Source of the DNA: Saprospiraceae bacterium
GTDB taxonomy: Bacteria; Bacteroidota; Bacteroidia; Chitinophagales; Saprospiraceae
Length of the DNA stretch: 64,000 nucleotides
NCBI GenBank assembly: GCA_021298575.1
Contig: JAJTFM010000013.1
Location: 5,291-69,290 of the forward strand
Direction of reading: 5' to 3'
Part shown: positions 28,988 to 39,814 of the stretch, piece by piece
Numbering within the stretch: position 1 is the stretch's first letter
Layout: each line of letters opens with the position of its first letter
Notes under the pieces: generated by a model
The model's input: the letters and a program-made list of their open reading frames with translations, nothing else
The model's database searches: none
Told to the model about the DNA's origin: nothing
Position numbers and translations under genes: made by a program

Positions 28988-29602
28988 TCAGTGAACGAAT
29001 AATTTCCAGATTCCAGCAAGTATCAGAATCAGGCCGGAAATAATGCCGGCATTGTGTTCCAGCAGATGCCAGTTACTGAGTCGAAGGCCATGCCAAACAA
29101 GCCATACCCACACAGCCATACCGGCTACCGTGGTTACATAATAAAATGCACTCAGCGTCAGTGCCACCGTTGCGCCATGGGTGCCAGCCATCAGGAAGAA
29201 GGCTCCTATTTCCAGACAGGGCGACAGGAACATGGCCAAAGCCAGTGCTGCAATGAGCTCGCGTTCGCCAAGATTTTCACGTACGGGAGCATGCAGGTGA
29301 AAATGCCTGTGGTAATAGTGCCTCCATATAAATACCAGACCCAGACCAATGAGTAGTACCGGAGCTGCAACAGATGAAAAAATATCTATCCATTCGCTCA
29401 TTTTCCAGCCCAGAACACTCAGGGCCAACCCGATCAGGATGGTACTGAGCGCATGGGCGCTTCCAGCCAGTATCGTGATACGGACGGCTTTGGCTGCGCT
29501 CCAGCCATTTTTTTTCCCGATTGCAACAATAGGAAGCCAATGGTTTGGAATAGCCGCGTGCAACAGACTGACAGACAGACTTGCGGTAAGGACTTCGTAC
29601 AT
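28988..29602 (-). CDS. Multi-pass membrane protein with a His-rich loop, possible NicO/RcnA-like metal transporter
   Basis: 204 aa with ~6 TM helices, an LHAAIPNHW motif and the loop WRHYYHRHFHLH. The family assignment is tentative. Confidence 0.45.
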   Translation of the reverse strand: MYEVLTASLSVSLLHAAIPNHWLPIVAIGKKNGWSAAKAVRITILAGSAHALSTILIGLALSVLGWKMSEWIDIFSSVAAPVLLIGLGLVFIWRHYYHRHFHLHAPVRENLGERELIAALALAMFLSPCLEIGAFFLMAGTHGATVALTLSAFYYVTTVAGMAVWVWLVWHGLRLSNWHLLEHNAGIISGLILILAGIWKLFVH

Positions 29603-29690
29603 AATAGTTTACCAGGCAGATTCAGTTTTTATGGTTGGGCAAAGATAATCTGTCTGGCGTACCTTTCGGCCTTCTAAACCGAGATTCACT

Positions 29691-30839
29691 GTGAGAATTG
29701 CCTTTGATGCCAAAAGATACTTCAACAATGCCACCGGACTTGGATTTTACAGCCGGACGCTTGTGAACGGGCTGCGAGCCTTTTTCCCGGAGAACGAGTA
29801 TTTGTTATACACGCCTTATATACGCGGGAATTACGCACAGGATGATTCAGGAGCGCGGTTTCCGGAGGGATGCCGGGGAAAGCTGGTTCATCCTCTCTGG
29901 CGCAGTAAACTGATAACTCCCCAGCTGAAACATGACGGGGTGCAGGTTTTTCACGGACTCAGTCATGAGTTGCCATCCGGGCTCTCCCGTGCAGGAATCA
30001 GGAGTGTGGTTTCCATGCATGACCTGATTTTCATGCGTTATCCGGAACTTTATCCGGCCACTGACCGTTTTTTTTACGGATGGAAATACAGAAAAGCAGC
30101 TCATGAGGCAGACGTGGTGGTTGCCATCAGTGAACAGACAAAACGCGACCTGATTGATTATTTCGAAGTGCCTGCATGGAAAATTCGTGTCATAGGGCAG
30201 GCCTGTGATCCCTCATTCAGTAAATATAGTTTCGCTGCAGTTCCGGGACGCGATACCATTCCGATGTCTTCAGATATCAGAGTGCCAGGTGATGGTTTTG
30301 TCATTGCAGCCGGCAGCCTTACTCCGCGTAAAAACTGGGATGGGCTCATAAAGGCTCTATCTGTTACCAGAGAAAGAGGTTTTGACATCCCGCTTGTGGC
30401 TGTAGGTACGGGCCGTAGCGATTATGCGCGATCCCTGCCCTCACTCGCTGTAAAACTTGGTGTTTCCGTTATCTGGATTAATCGCCACATTCCTTCCCAT
30501 GAACTGGCTTTGCTGTACAGGAGGGCTTCAGCGCTGGTTTATCCGTCACTTTTTGAAGGATTTGGAATACCGATACTGGAAGCACTGACCATCGGGATTC
30601 CTGTTGTAACGAGTACCGGAAGTTGTTTTGGAGAGGTTGGCGGCGATGCAGCCCTTTATGCCAATCCGCTATCGGCAGAAGACCTTGCAGAGAAGATTAT
30701 GCAGGCTATGGACAGTCACACAAGAGACAGGCTTTTGAGAGAAGCACCCGGGCAAATCAGACAATTTGATCTGCGAAATATCTGTGAGACCTGGAACAGA
30801 CTTTACACCGACCTGTACGGTATAAATTCCGGGTTGTAA
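29691..30839 (+). CDS. Glycosyltransferase family 4 (GT-B, group 1)
   Basis: 382 aa with a GTG start. The C-terminal YPSLFEGFGIPILEAL motif is typical of GT4. Confidence 0.85.
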   Translation: MRIAFDAKRYFNNATGLGFYSRTLVNGLRAFFPENEYLLYTPYIRGNYAQDDSGARFPEGCRGKLVHPLWRSKLITPQLKHDGVQVFHGLSHELPSGLSRAGIRSVVSMHDLIFMRYPELYPATDRFFYGWKYRKAAHEADVVVAISEQTKRDLIDYFEVPAWKIRVIGQACDPSFSKYSFAAVPGRDTIPMSSDIRVPGDGFVIAAGSLTPRKNWDGLIKALSVTRERGFDIPLVAVGTGRSDYARSLPSLAVKLGVSVIWINRHIPSHELALLYRRASALVYPSLFEGFGIPILEALTIGIPVVTSTGSCFGEVGGDAALYANPLSAEDLAEKIMQAMDSHTRDRLLREAPGQIRQFDLRNICETWNRLYTDLYGINSGL

Positions 30840-30875
30840 CCATTACTGGCTCATGCCAGACAGGTCAGATATCTA

Positions 30876-31038
30876 AGAGGTTGTTCAGGATTCTCTGCCG
30901 GTGGCAAAAACAGGCTGATTTTTTGTCAGTTTTTGCATTTTTGAAGGCGCATAGCCGGAGCTACGTAACTCAAAAAAGGTGAAAAATGGCGAAAAATGAG
31001 CCGTTTTTGACTCGGCGAGAGAATCCTGAACAGGCTCT
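30876..31038 (+). mobile_element. MITE-like element, copy 4 (163 bp)
   Basis: Collinear with copy 1 apart from a few substitutions and a 10-bp insertion (GGCGAAAAAT). One substitution in each TIR. Its end overlaps the stop codon of the CHRD gene (CTA, 31037-31039). Confidence 0.85.
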
Positions 31039-32833
31039 AATAGGCGCCTCTGACAATTTTTTTGAGCATCATACCGCTTTCTCCGGGAATTTCGAGAGAA
31101 AGCGTATAAACACCGGGAAGTAGCGCGGGAGCCTGAACGGAAAAAGTCTGCTCCCCTGATACGACATTGACCGATTGAATCAGAGATGGTGCGCCAAGCA
31201 TATCACGCAGAATCAGATTTGCCTGAAAGGGCCTTTTGCTGTCGAACTTTACAGTCAGGATATCATTGAAGGGAGAGGGGCTCACCTGCACACCACTCAC
31301 CTGAGTAATCAGCTGAATATCAGACTGCTCCGGGCAGGACAGACTACCTCTTCCGATTTGTCCGCGGATTTCACCGTCGGGCCATGTCTGTGTTCGTAAA
31401 ACCATGTACATGCCGCCATTTTCGATTGTCACACCGTGCGTTGCGAGAATTTCGGCTTCTCCCGGAATAACCGGCTTCTGCACCGAAAGCGGGTAGAGTG
31501 CATCGCCGTTCTGGCCCGGAGGAGCCTGGCAGATGAATCCGTCGGTCACATCGCTGGTCAGTTTGTCGTAAATCAGTTTGTAATTGATATAGCAGTTTGC
31601 CTGATCAACCGAAGCCATTGCAACGCCATACCCGTTGGAACTAACCGGCGGCACCACCTGATTGCCACACAGGTCAAAAGCATATCCTTTCCGCAGACTG
31701 TTTTTCATTTGTCCCCGGATTTCTCCGGCCGGTTTTGCGGCTGTGGGTACATTTACGTAAAGATTTCCCTCTACCAGCGCAGTCATCCGATCGGAGTCAA
31801 GCGGATAGGTTTTGCTGTAAACACCCGGTGTTGAGGTTAATTCAAGAGTTTCAAGCAGTGTTCCCGTTGTGCCGGGGGCTCCTTTTCTGATTTCGACGGC
31901 AGCAGGAGTGATTGTACTGATATATACGGTGGAAGTGAGGCTGTCCAGCGTTGTATTCAGTATATTATGGCTAAACCCGAATCCGGCAGATGGTGTGGAC
32001 GGGATAGCCTGCGCTGAATTTACAGGTGCAAAGGATGTGAAATAGCCGAGGAACCCGATTTGTCCGCGCAGTTCACCATTCGGGTAGGCGGCGGTATTTA
32101 CCTGAATATAATATTTGCCTTCCCTGGCATTGCGAAAAAAATCGGCGGGCAATTCACTCAGTTCAATTTTTTCCTGAATGAAGTTGAGGAAGAACTGGGT
32201 GAGGCTGTGTACCAGTGTGCCATTTTCACCGGGGCTGGCGAAATAGATACCTGCTTCAGTGATAGGACCACTCAGTCCGTCTACCACCAGAGCCACCACG
32301 ACATCTTCCGACCCGGTCGGGAAGTGTATTCCGCCAAATCCGAAACTGGAGGAGCTGGCTGCGGGTACAACATCCGCTCCGGTGAGTACGGTGCGGTAAT
32401 CGAGGTCCGTTTCGCAAATAAACTGGCCCCTGATTTCACCGCCTGGATTGGCATTGGTACTGACAGTAGCATAAACCCGGTCGGGCAGAAGATTCTGCAG
32501 CAGTGTTGCGGGCACTTCCACCTCGCCGTACAGCCTTCTAAAGTTCAGTACAGGCATCAGGTCAACAATCAGGTCGCCAGTTTCTCCTGTACTGCCAATG
32601 TGGAGTGATACATCTGTAATATCTCCTTCCATATCAACGAACAGGCCGGTTACCGACACTTTTGTCCGGTCGGGGCTGTACATGATAGTGATTAGTCCGC
32701 GAGCGGGTGTATTTACAGAGGGAATCTGCTCTGCGCCCTTCAGTTCGGCATGAAAGATGAGATGCGGCAGCTGTGCTGATACTGTTGGAGCAGCGAAAAA
32801 GAGGGCGAAAGAGAGTAGTAGTATGTATTTCAT
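31037..32833 (-). CDS. Secreted multi-CHRD-domain protein with a T9SS C-terminal sorting domain
   Basis: Start trimmed to MKYILLLSFALFFAAPTVSAQ. Repeated CHRD-like units each end in G(E/D)(I/L)RGQ(I/F/M). The C-terminal ~80-aa beta-rich tail (VSPSPFNDILTVKF...VYTLSLE) is typical of type A T9SS sorting domains. Confidence 0.75.
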   Translation of the reverse strand: MKYILLLSFALFFAAPTVSAQLPHLIFHAELKGAEQIPSVNTPARGLITIMYSPDRTKVSVTGLFVDMEGDITDVSLHIGSTGETGDLIVDLMPVLNFRRLYGEVEVPATLLQNLLPDRVYATVSTNANPGGEIRGQFICETDLDYRTVLTGADVVPAASSSSFGFGGIHFPTGSEDVVVALVVDGLSGPITEAGIYFASPGENGTLVHSLTQFFLNFIQEKIELSELPADFFRNAREGKYYIQVNTAAYPNGELRGQIGFLGYFTSFAPVNSAQAIPSTPSAGFGFSHNILNTTLDSLTSTVYISTITPAAVEIRKGAPGTTGTLLETLELTSTPGVYSKTYPLDSDRMTALVEGNLYVNVPTAAKPAGEIRGQMKNSLRKGYAFDLCGNQVVPPVSSNGYGVAMASVDQANCYINYKLIYDKLTSDVTDGFICQAPPGQNGDALYPLSVQKPVIPGEAEILATHGVTIENGGMYMVLRTQTWPDGEIRGQIGRGSLSCPEQSDIQLITQVSGVQVSPSPFNDILTVKFDSKRPFQANLILRDMLGAPSLIQSVNVVSGEQTFSVQAPALLPGVYTLSLEIPGESGMMLKKIVRGAY

Positions 32834-32849
32834 GAGAGGAAAAAATGAA

Positions 32850-35708
32850 TCAGTGAGCTTCAAGCCAGTTGTTACCCACTCCGACTTCAACCAGTACAGG
32901 CACCTTCAGGTTGGGCATTGCAGTAGTCATTTTTTCAAGGACAAGCGATCTGACGTCATCGAGTTCGTCTTTTCTCACATCGAAAAGCAATTCGTCGTGA
33001 ACCTGAAGTATCATTTTTGAACGAAGGCCGCCTTTGATGAATGCCTCGCGGATATTAATCATGGCCAGTTTGATCATGTCAGCGGCCGAGCCCTGTATGG
33101 GAGTATTGACAGCCATACGTTCGCTCATGGATCGCATCATACCATTTGCCGAGTTAATATCGCGAAGGTACCTTCTCCTGCCGAGCATTGTTTCAACATA
33201 GCCCTGTTTTCTGGCCGTTTCGACAATTCCCGTCATATATTGGCGTAATCCCGGGTATTGGGCGAAGTAATTCTCGATCAGTTCCTTTGCTTCGGTGCGT
33301 TTGATACCGAGTTGCTGACTCAGATTTGTTGCCCCGGCCCCATAAGTTATACTGAAATTGACTGTTTTGGCAGCCCTTCGCGGGTCGGGTGTAACTTGTT
33401 CAATGGGGACACCGAACACCCGCGATGCGGTAGCGTTGTGAATGTCGAGTCCCAGCTGAAATGCTTCAATCATAGCTTCATCGCCGCTGATTTCAGCAAT
33501 CAGGCGCAGTTCGATCTGGGAATAGTCGGCAGACAGCAGCAGATAATTTTCGTCGCAGGGGATAAAAGCCTCGCGTACCTTTCTTCCCTCGGCAGTCCGG
33601 ATTGGAATATTTTGCAGATTTGGCCCCTGGCTGCTGAGGCGGCCTGAGGCAACCAGTGCCTGATTAAATGAGGTATGAACACGGCCTGTTCGGGGGTTAA
33701 TCAGTGCAGGCAGGGCGTCCACGTACGTTGATTTAAGTTTCATCAGCGTACGGTGCTGGAGGATATCGCTGCAAACAGCGTTGGTAACAGCCAGTTCTGA
33801 AAGAATTTCTTCATCAGTGGAATATTGACCCGACTTCATTTTTTTTCCGGGATAGGGAAGTTTCAGGTGATCGAAAAGCACTTCACCTACCTGTTTCGGG
33901 CTTCCGATATTAAACTGGAAACCTACTTCATCGAGAATCTTTTTTTCCAGTCCGACTATTTGTTCAGCGATCTCCTTCGAATAATCTTTCAGAAAATCGG
34001 GGTCAATACGCACCCCTGCGTGTTCGATATCAGCGAGCACCTTGACGAGTGGGGTTTCCACATCCCTGAAAAGCGTGATCAACGCCTCGCCACCCTCTTC
34101 AAGTTTGGGTTGGAGCACATCTTTCAGACGCAGTGTAATATCTGCATCTTCGGCGGCATATTCCTTTATTTCATCCAGCGGGACGTCGCGCATACTGCGT
34201 TGGCGGGGGCCTTTGGGACCAATCAGCTCCTCGATTTTGACGGGAGCGTAGTTGAGTAGCGTTTCCGCCATGTAATTCATATTATGACGGAGCTCGGGTT
34301 CGAGCAGATAGTGGGCCAGCATTGTATCCCAGTACGGGCCCTTCAGTTCACAGCCATAATTTTTGAGTACTATGGCATCGTACTTGATATTCTGGCCAAT
34401 CTTCTCGACGGATTCATCCTCAAACAGGGGTCTGAATTCATCCACTATCTTCTGTGCGTCTGCGCGTGCAGGCGGAACGGGTACATACCAGGCTTCATGT
34501 GGAGTGATACAAAACGACAGGCCTACCAGATCTGCCTGAGTTGCATCCACAGAAGTAGTTTCCGTGTCGAGGCAGACATATTTTTTAGTGCCCAGTTTAC
34601 CAATCAATTCCCTGCGTTTTTCGGGTGTATCGGCCAGATGATAAACATGACTTGTATTGTGAATATTATGGGTACCACGGGTAGCATTCCCGTTGTCTGC
34701 AGGATTCGGCGACGCCGAGTCAGGTGCCGGGGCATCGTCGTCGCCAAACAGACTGCCCTGCGCCGAGGAAGGGGCTTTGGATTTGGTTTTATCCGATTTA
34801 CGGGCAGAAGATGAAACTATATTACCGGCCAGTTCGCTTTTCAGGATAGTTTCAGCGAGGCTTTTGAATTCCAGTTCCCGGAAAATTTCAACGAGTTCCT
34901 CCCGGTTAAACGGTTCAATTTCGAATTGTTTTTCATCGAATTGAACGGGGACATTAACATCAATGGTGGCGAGCCATTTGGACATTATTGCCTTGTCTGC
35001 ATGGTTTGCTACAATTTCCTGCTGTTTCCCCTTCAGTTTGTCACTGTTATTGAGCAGATTTTCCAGTGAACCGAATTCGCTGAGCAGCCTGGCGGCTGTC
35101 TTTTCACCAATACCAGGGAGACCAGGTATATTGTCAACAGCGTCGCCCATCAGAGCCAGCATGTCAATAACCTGCTCTACCCTGCTGATACCCCAGCGCT
35201 CGCATACTTCTGCCGGGCCCTGTATTTCAACTTCGTTACCGGCTCTGCCCGGTTTGTATAGCAGTATGTGTTCACTTACCAGTTGCCCGTAGTCTTTATC
35301 CGGCGTGACCATATAGGTGGTGTACCCTACCCTTTCGGCCTGCCTGGCCAGCGTACCGATTACATCGTCAGCTTCGTAATTAGGAATAATCAGCACGGGA
35401 ATATTCATCGCCCGCACAATTTTATCAACCCATGGGATACCGAAAGTGATATCCTCCGGTTGCGCCTCGCGGTTAGCCTTGTAGAAATCGTATTTTTCAT
35501 GCCTGAACGTTCCTCCCTTGGGGTCGAACACCACAGCTATATGGCTTGGCTTTTGGCTTTGCATCAGATCCCACAGGAATCTGACAAAGCCCTGAATAGC
35601 AGACACATTCCACCCTTTTGAGTTAATCAGCGGGCGGGAAATGAATGCGAAATGCGCTCTGTATATAAGCGCGTGACCATCAAGCAGAAACAGTTTTTTG
35701 TCAGTCAT
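32850..35708 (-). CDS. polA: DNA polymerase I
   Basis: 952 aa. 5'-3' exonuclease N-terminus (LFLLDGHALIYRAHFA), 3'-5' exonuclease domain, and polymerase motifs (DYSQIELR, QVHDEL). Confidence 0.95.
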   Translation of the reverse strand: MTDKKLFLLDGHALIYRAHFAFISRPLINSKGWNVSAIQGFVRFLWDLMQSQKPSHIAVVFDPKGGTFRHEKYDFYKANREAQPEDITFGIPWVDKIVRAMNIPVLIIPNYEADDVIGTLARQAERVGYTTYMVTPDKDYGQLVSEHILLYKPGRAGNEVEIQGPAEVCERWGISRVEQVIDMLALMGDAVDNIPGLPGIGEKTAARLLSEFGSLENLLNNSDKLKGKQQEIVANHADKAIMSKWLATIDVNVPVQFDEKQFEIEPFNREELVEIFRELEFKSLAETILKSELAGNIVSSSARKSDKTKSKAPSSAQGSLFGDDDAPAPDSASPNPADNGNATRGTHNIHNTSHVYHLADTPEKRRELIGKLGTKKYVCLDTETTSVDATQADLVGLSFCITPHEAWYVPVPPARADAQKIVDEFRPLFEDESVEKIGQNIKYDAIVLKNYGCELKGPYWDTMLAHYLLEPELRHNMNYMAETLLNYAPVKIEELIGPKGPRQRSMRDVPLDEIKEYAAEDADITLRLKDVLQPKLEEGGEALITLFRDVETPLVKVLADIEHAGVRIDPDFLKDYSKEIAEQIVGLEKKILDEVGFQFNIGSPKQVGEVLFDHLKLPYPGKKMKSGQYSTDEEILSELAVTNAVCSDILQHRTLMKLKSTYVDALPALINPRTGRVHTSFNQALVASGRLSSQGPNLQNIPIRTAEGRKVREAFIPCDENYLLLSADYSQIELRLIAEISGDEAMIEAFQLGLDIHNATASRVFGVPIEQVTPDPRRAAKTVNFSITYGAGATNLSQQLGIKRTEAKELIENYFAQYPGLRQYMTGIVETARKQGYVETMLGRRRYLRDINSANGMMRSMSERMAVNTPIQGSAADMIKLAMINIREAFIKGGLRSKMILQVHDELLFDVRKDELDDVRSLVLEKMTTAMPNLKVPVLVEVGVGNNWLEAH

Positions 35709-35790
35709 ATATTATATATCCGATAAACCCGGACAACTGCAAATATAAGCCATCCTGTGCAATCACCCATTTTTACCCGACAATCACCTT

Positions 35791-35798
35791 TAAATTTG
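35791..35798 (+). promoter_or_regulatory. Candidate Bacteroidota -7 promoter box (TAAATTTG) for pepA
   Basis: Exact match to TAnnTTTG, ~110 nt upstream of the GTG start at 35907. No clear -33 TTTG element. Confidence 0.3.
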
Positions 35799-35906
35799 TA
35801 CCTTTGAGCCGATGTGTGGTCTTCATTTCTCTTTTGTACGGCTTCTTAGTATGCTGTACGATTGTAATCCCGCTGTTTTTTACCATCAACCGTTTTCGAC
35901 TTTAAA

Positions 35907-37340
35907 GTGAAAAGAGTTCAAATCGCTGCCGCACCTGCGGCAGGACCGGAAGATAACCTGCTGATTCTTGCAGAAAAGGACGGACATGACCACCTGAAGG
36001 GCTGGTTGTCATCCCAGGAATATAATTTCCTTCAACAGGGTTTAACCCGTGGAACGGGTCATTTTTTCTTTGCCAGAGGGAACAGCGCTGTTTTTGTAAA
36101 AATTCTGAAGCCGGAAAAGGATGAATATGCGGCGCGTGAAGATGCGCGTCTTGCTGGCAATGATATGCTGAAAGAGCTCCGCCATTACAAGATAGAAACA
36201 GTGGTGATACGCAATGCATGCAGTAGCGACCGGAGCCTGTATTTTGCGGAGGGTATGGCCATGGGCAGTTACCAGTTCCTCAAATACTTTTCAGATCCTT
36301 CAAAAAAAGAGAAACCGCTGCACAAAATACTGATTGAGGGCAATGCAGAGGGTATTGATGAAATGAACGCGTTAATTGACGCTGTTTTCATGGCCCGTGA
36401 TCTGGTGAATGAGCCATGGTCGCACCTGAACACCCTTCAGTTTGCCGATGCCATAGAAGATATCGGGGAGAAATCTGGGTTTTCTGTAAAAATACTGGAA
36501 GAGGGACAAATTTCTGCGCTCAAAATGGGCGGATTACTTGCTGTGAACAAAGCGAGCAGTGTCCCTCCCCGTTTTTGTATCCTGGAATGGAAGCCGGCGG
36601 ATATAAAGAATGAAAAACCGGTTGTACTGGTGGGCAAGGGGGTAGTTTACGACACCGGCGGATTAAGCCTGAAGCCGTCTGACGGAATGGATTACATGAA
36701 GTGCGACATGGCTGGAGCAGCTGCGGTGGTCGGAGCGATAACGGCAGTTTCGCGCATGCATCTGCCTATGCACGTTATCGGACTGATACCCGTTACAGAC
36801 AACAAGATCGGAGAGAATGCACTTGCTCCGGGAGACGTAATAACAATGTCTTCTGGCACTACGGTTGAAGTAGTCAATACAGATGCCGAAGGGCGTCTGA
36901 TACTTGCTGATGCGCTTCATTTTGCCCGACAGTATGACCCGGCGCTGGTTATTGACCTCGCCACACTGACAGGTTCAGCGGTGCGGGCACTTGGCAATCA
37001 GGTAATTTGCTACATGGGTACAGCCTCGAAGAAGATCAAGTCGGAGATAGAGCAAAGCGGCTTTCATACTTACGAGCGGCTCGTGGAGCTCCCTCTCTGG
37101 AGAGAATTTGGCGATGACCTGAAAAGTCATATTGCCGATTTGAAAAACGTAGGATCGAGCAATGCAGGGATGATAGCTGCAGGCAAATTTCTCGAACATT
37201 TCACCAAATTTCCATGGTTACACCTTGACATCGCCGGCCCTGCCTATCTTCGCACCGCAAACGGATACCGGACAAAGGAAGGAACCGGCGTCGGTGTTCG
37301 TCTGATATATGATTTTCTGAAAAATTTTGTACATGAGTAA
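35907..37340 (+). CDS. pepA: Leucyl aminopeptidase (M17 family)
   Basis: 477 aa with a GTG start. NTDAEGRL motif (VNTDAEGRLILADAL) and VGKGVVYDTGGLSLKP. Confidence 0.9.
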   Translation: MKRVQIAAAPAAGPEDNLLILAEKDGHDHLKGWLSSQEYNFLQQGLTRGTGHFFFARGNSAVFVKILKPEKDEYAAREDARLAGNDMLKELRHYKIETVVIRNACSSDRSLYFAEGMAMGSYQFLKYFSDPSKKEKPLHKILIEGNAEGIDEMNALIDAVFMARDLVNEPWSHLNTLQFADAIEDIGEKSGFSVKILEEGQISALKMGGLLAVNKASSVPPRFCILEWKPADIKNEKPVVLVGKGVVYDTGGLSLKPSDGMDYMKCDMAGAAAVVGAITAVSRMHLPMHVIGLIPVTDNKIGENALAPGDVITMSSGTTVEVVNTDAEGRLILADALHFARQYDPALVIDLATLTGSAVRALGNQVICYMGTASKKIKSEIEQSGFHTYERLVELPLWREFGDDLKSHIADLKNVGSSNAGMIAAGKFLEHFTKFPWLHLDIAGPAYLRTANGYRTKEGTGVGVRLIYDFLKNFVHE

Positions 37341-38424
37341 CATCACTATCGGTATAACCTGTGGCGACATCAACGGTATCGGCCTTGAGGTCGTCTTGAA
37401 AGCTCTGGCAATCAAAAAAGCAGGTCCAAACTTCAAAACTATCATTTATGGTAGTTCCAAGGTGGTAGCGTACCACAAAAATATCATCTCCGAGGAAAAC
37501 GTACAGTTTCACGTCGTGAACAGTCCGTCAGAGGCACAGCCCGGACGTATAAACATCGTCAACTGCTGGGGCGACAATATCAACATCACGCTCGGGAAGC
37601 CCAATGAAACCGGAGGAAAGTGTGCTGCAGATGCACTTGCTGCTGCCGTCCGCGACCTGAAAAAAGGTGAACTTGACGCAATTGTGACTGCGCCGGTTAA
37701 CAAAAAAGCCATGCAGATGGCCGGCTTTGCCCACATAGGGCATACCGAGTACCTCAGTGCCGAATTCAAGGGCCGTGATGCACTCATGCTCATGGTGTCA
37801 GACAGCCTGCGTGTGGGACTTGTAACAAACCATCTTGCCATAAAAGATGTGGCTGCATCCATTACTCAGGAAAAAGTCCTGAGAAAGATTCTGATCATGG
37901 CTGAGACACTGAAAGTTGACTTCAACATCAACAAGCCCACCATTGCAGTACTCGGGCTGAATCCTCATGCAGGCGACGAGGGGACTATTGGTCAGGAAGA
38001 CGAAAAAATAATACGTACTGCTGTGGAGGAAGCAAAGTCGAAAGGAGTACTTGCGTTTGGCCCCTTTCCAGCTGACGGGTTCTTCGGGTCAGGTCAGTAC
38101 AACAAATTTGACGGGATACTGGCCATGTACCACGATCAGGGACTTGTACCTTTCAAGGCACTGTCGTTTGGGGCAGGAGTTAACTACACCGCGGGGCTAC
38201 AGATTGTACGCACCTCACCCGACCACGGAACGGCCTATGATATTGCAGGAAAGGGCGAAGCTGATGAAATATCGTTTATCAAAGCGCTCTACCTGGCAGC
38301 CGAAATCGTGCGTAACAGGAACGAATACCTGGATATGCACGCCAATTCACTGGAACGCAGAAAGCAAAAAGCACTCATCAGCGAAACTGGCGACGATGAG
38401 GAAGTAATCATGCCGGAAGAATAG
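37327..38424 (+). CDS. pdxA: 4-hydroxythreonine-4-phosphate dehydrogenase
   Basis: 365 aa. [18 protein letters not shown] and NPHAGDEG motifs. Overlaps pepA by 14 nt. Confidence 0.9.
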   Translation: MYMSNITIGITCGDINGIGLEVVLKALAIKKAGPNFKTIIYGSSKVVAYHKNIISEENVQFHVVNSPSEAQPGRINIVNCWGDNINITLGKPNETGGKCAADALAAAVRDLKKGELDAIVTAPVNKKAMQMAGFAHIGHTEYLSAEFKGRDALMLMVSDSLRVGLVTNHLAIKDVAASITQEKVLRKILIMAETLKVDFNINKPTIAVLGLNPHAGDEGTIGQEDEKIIRTAVEEAKSKGVLAFGPFPADGFFGSGQYNKFDGILAMYHDQGLVPFKALSFGAGVNYTAGLQIVRTSPDHGTAYDIAGKGEADEISFIKALYLAAEIVRNRNEYLDMHANSLERRKQKALISETGDDEEVIMPEE

Positions 38425-38450
38425 TCCTGCTGAAACGAAAAACTGATCTT

Positions 38451-39191
38451 ATGAATATACTCGGCATTGATGTAGGCGCCTCGGGCATCAAAGGCGCCCT
38501 TGTCAGTTTACAGAAAGGACAACTCTCCGGTGAGCGGTATCGCGTGCCAACACCACAACCCTCTACTCCGCACGCGATGGCTCAGGCTTTCGCCGAGATT
38601 GTCAACTTTTTTGAATATAGCGGACCAGTTGGCTGCGGGTTTCCGGCTATTGTCAAAAATGGTGTAGCTCACTCTGCTGCCAATATCGACAAAAGCTGGA
38701 TTGGCGTCAATATACAGGACGTATTCAGCGAGGCATGCGGATGTCCGGTTTTTGCCACTAACGATGCGGATGCAGCCGGTATGGCAGAAATGCGGTTTGG
38801 CGCGGGCAAAGGAGAAAACGGCCTTGTTATCATGATTACAATAGGTACCGGCCTTGGCAGTGCGCTATTTTACAAGGGAGAAATGATACCCAATACCGAG
38901 ATGGGGCACCTGATATGGAAAAACGGGAATATCGCCGAACATTACTGCTCCTCGGGAGCCCGCTCGCGACTGAAAATAAGCCGGAAGGAATGGGCCCGCA
39001 GGTTCAATGAATATCTTCAGCATCTTGAACTGCTTTTCTCGCCCGATCTCTTTATTCTGGGTGGGGGAGAAAGCAAACTGTTCGAGCAGTTCAAGGAACA
39101 CCTACAAACCAGGGCACGCATCACACCTGCCCGCATGCTGAACAATGCCGGTATTATTGGTGCAGCAAGTTACGCATCAGAAAGCAGATAA
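38451..39191 (+). CDS. ppgK: ROK-family polyphosphate glucokinase
   Basis: 246 aa. [30 protein letters not shown] and PDLFILGGG motifs. Confidence 0.85.
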   Translation: MNILGIDVGASGIKGALVSLQKGQLSGERYRVPTPQPSTPHAMAQAFAEIVNFFEYSGPVGCGFPAIVKNGVAHSAANIDKSWIGVNIQDVFSEACGCPVFATNDADAAGMAEMRFGAGKGENGLVIMITIGTGLGSALFYKGEMIPNTEMGHLIWKNGNIAEHYCSSGARSRLKISRKEWARRFNEYLQHLELLFSPDLFILGGGESKLFEQFKEHLQTRARITPARMLNNAGIIGAASYASESR

Positions 39192-39200
39192 ACACTTCGT

Positions 39201-39761
39201 ATGGCACTTATTGCACTCGAAGGAATGAAATTTTACGCCTTCCATGGCGTTTACGAGGCCGAACGGGTACTTGGCAACGATTATACAGTTGATGTAATCG
39301 TTGAAACGGGTATTGCTGCTGCTTCCGCATCAGACTCACTCAACGATGCCATCATCAATTACGAAACGGTTTTTCAGATTTGTCTGGTTGAAATGTCCAA
39401 ACCGAGAAATCTGCTTGAGGCAGTGGTTGGCAGTATCATCAGAAATATGAAAGTGCAGTTTCCTTTCATGAAGTCTGTTCGCGTGCGTGTGAGGAAACTC
39501 AACCCTCCAGTTTATGGCAGGCTAATGCAGGAAAGCAGAACCGCTCATGCTGTACCCGGACAGGCGGAGAGCGCCTGGGTTGAAGATGAAGTCAGCCTGG
39601 TCAGCAAATGCCCTCGCTGCAAGGTGGATTTTCTCTGCTATAAAGATGACACGTGCTGGTGCAAGACAATCAGTATTCATCCTGCCACGCTTGAGAACCT
39701 GAAGAGGCAGTTCGGCACCTCGTGCCTGTGCAGCGACTGCATGAAGCTCTACAAAGGCTGA
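39201..39761 (+). CDS. folB: Dihydroneopterin aldolase fused to a C-terminal cysteine-rich CWC-type domain
   Basis: N-terminal ~120 aa are FolB-like (IALEGMKFYAFHGVYEAERVLGNDYTVDV). The C-terminal ~50 aa read CPRCKVDFLCYKDDTCWCKTISIHP...SCLCSDC. Confidence 0.8.
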   Translation: MALIALEGMKFYAFHGVYEAERVLGNDYTVDVIVETGIAAASASDSLNDAIINYETVFQICLVEMSKPRNLLEAVVGSIIRNMKVQFPFMKSVRVRVRKLNPPVYGRLMQESRTAHAVPGQAESAWVEDEVSLVSKCPRCKVDFLCYKDDTCWCKTISIHPATLENLKRQFGTSCLCSDCMKLYKG

Positions 39762-39765
39762 AAAC

Positions 39766-39801
39766 ACAACAGCGGTCCGTACAAAACCGGGCCGCTGTTG
39801 T
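39766..39801. terminator. Hairpin between convergent folB and cysS (bidirectional terminator candidate)
   Basis: 14-bp stem ACAACAGCGGTCCG/CGGGCCGCTGTTGT (one G-U pair) with an 8-nt loop. A short T-run follows on the minus strand. Confidence 0.6.
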
Positions 39802-39814
39802 TGATGGAAGCTTG

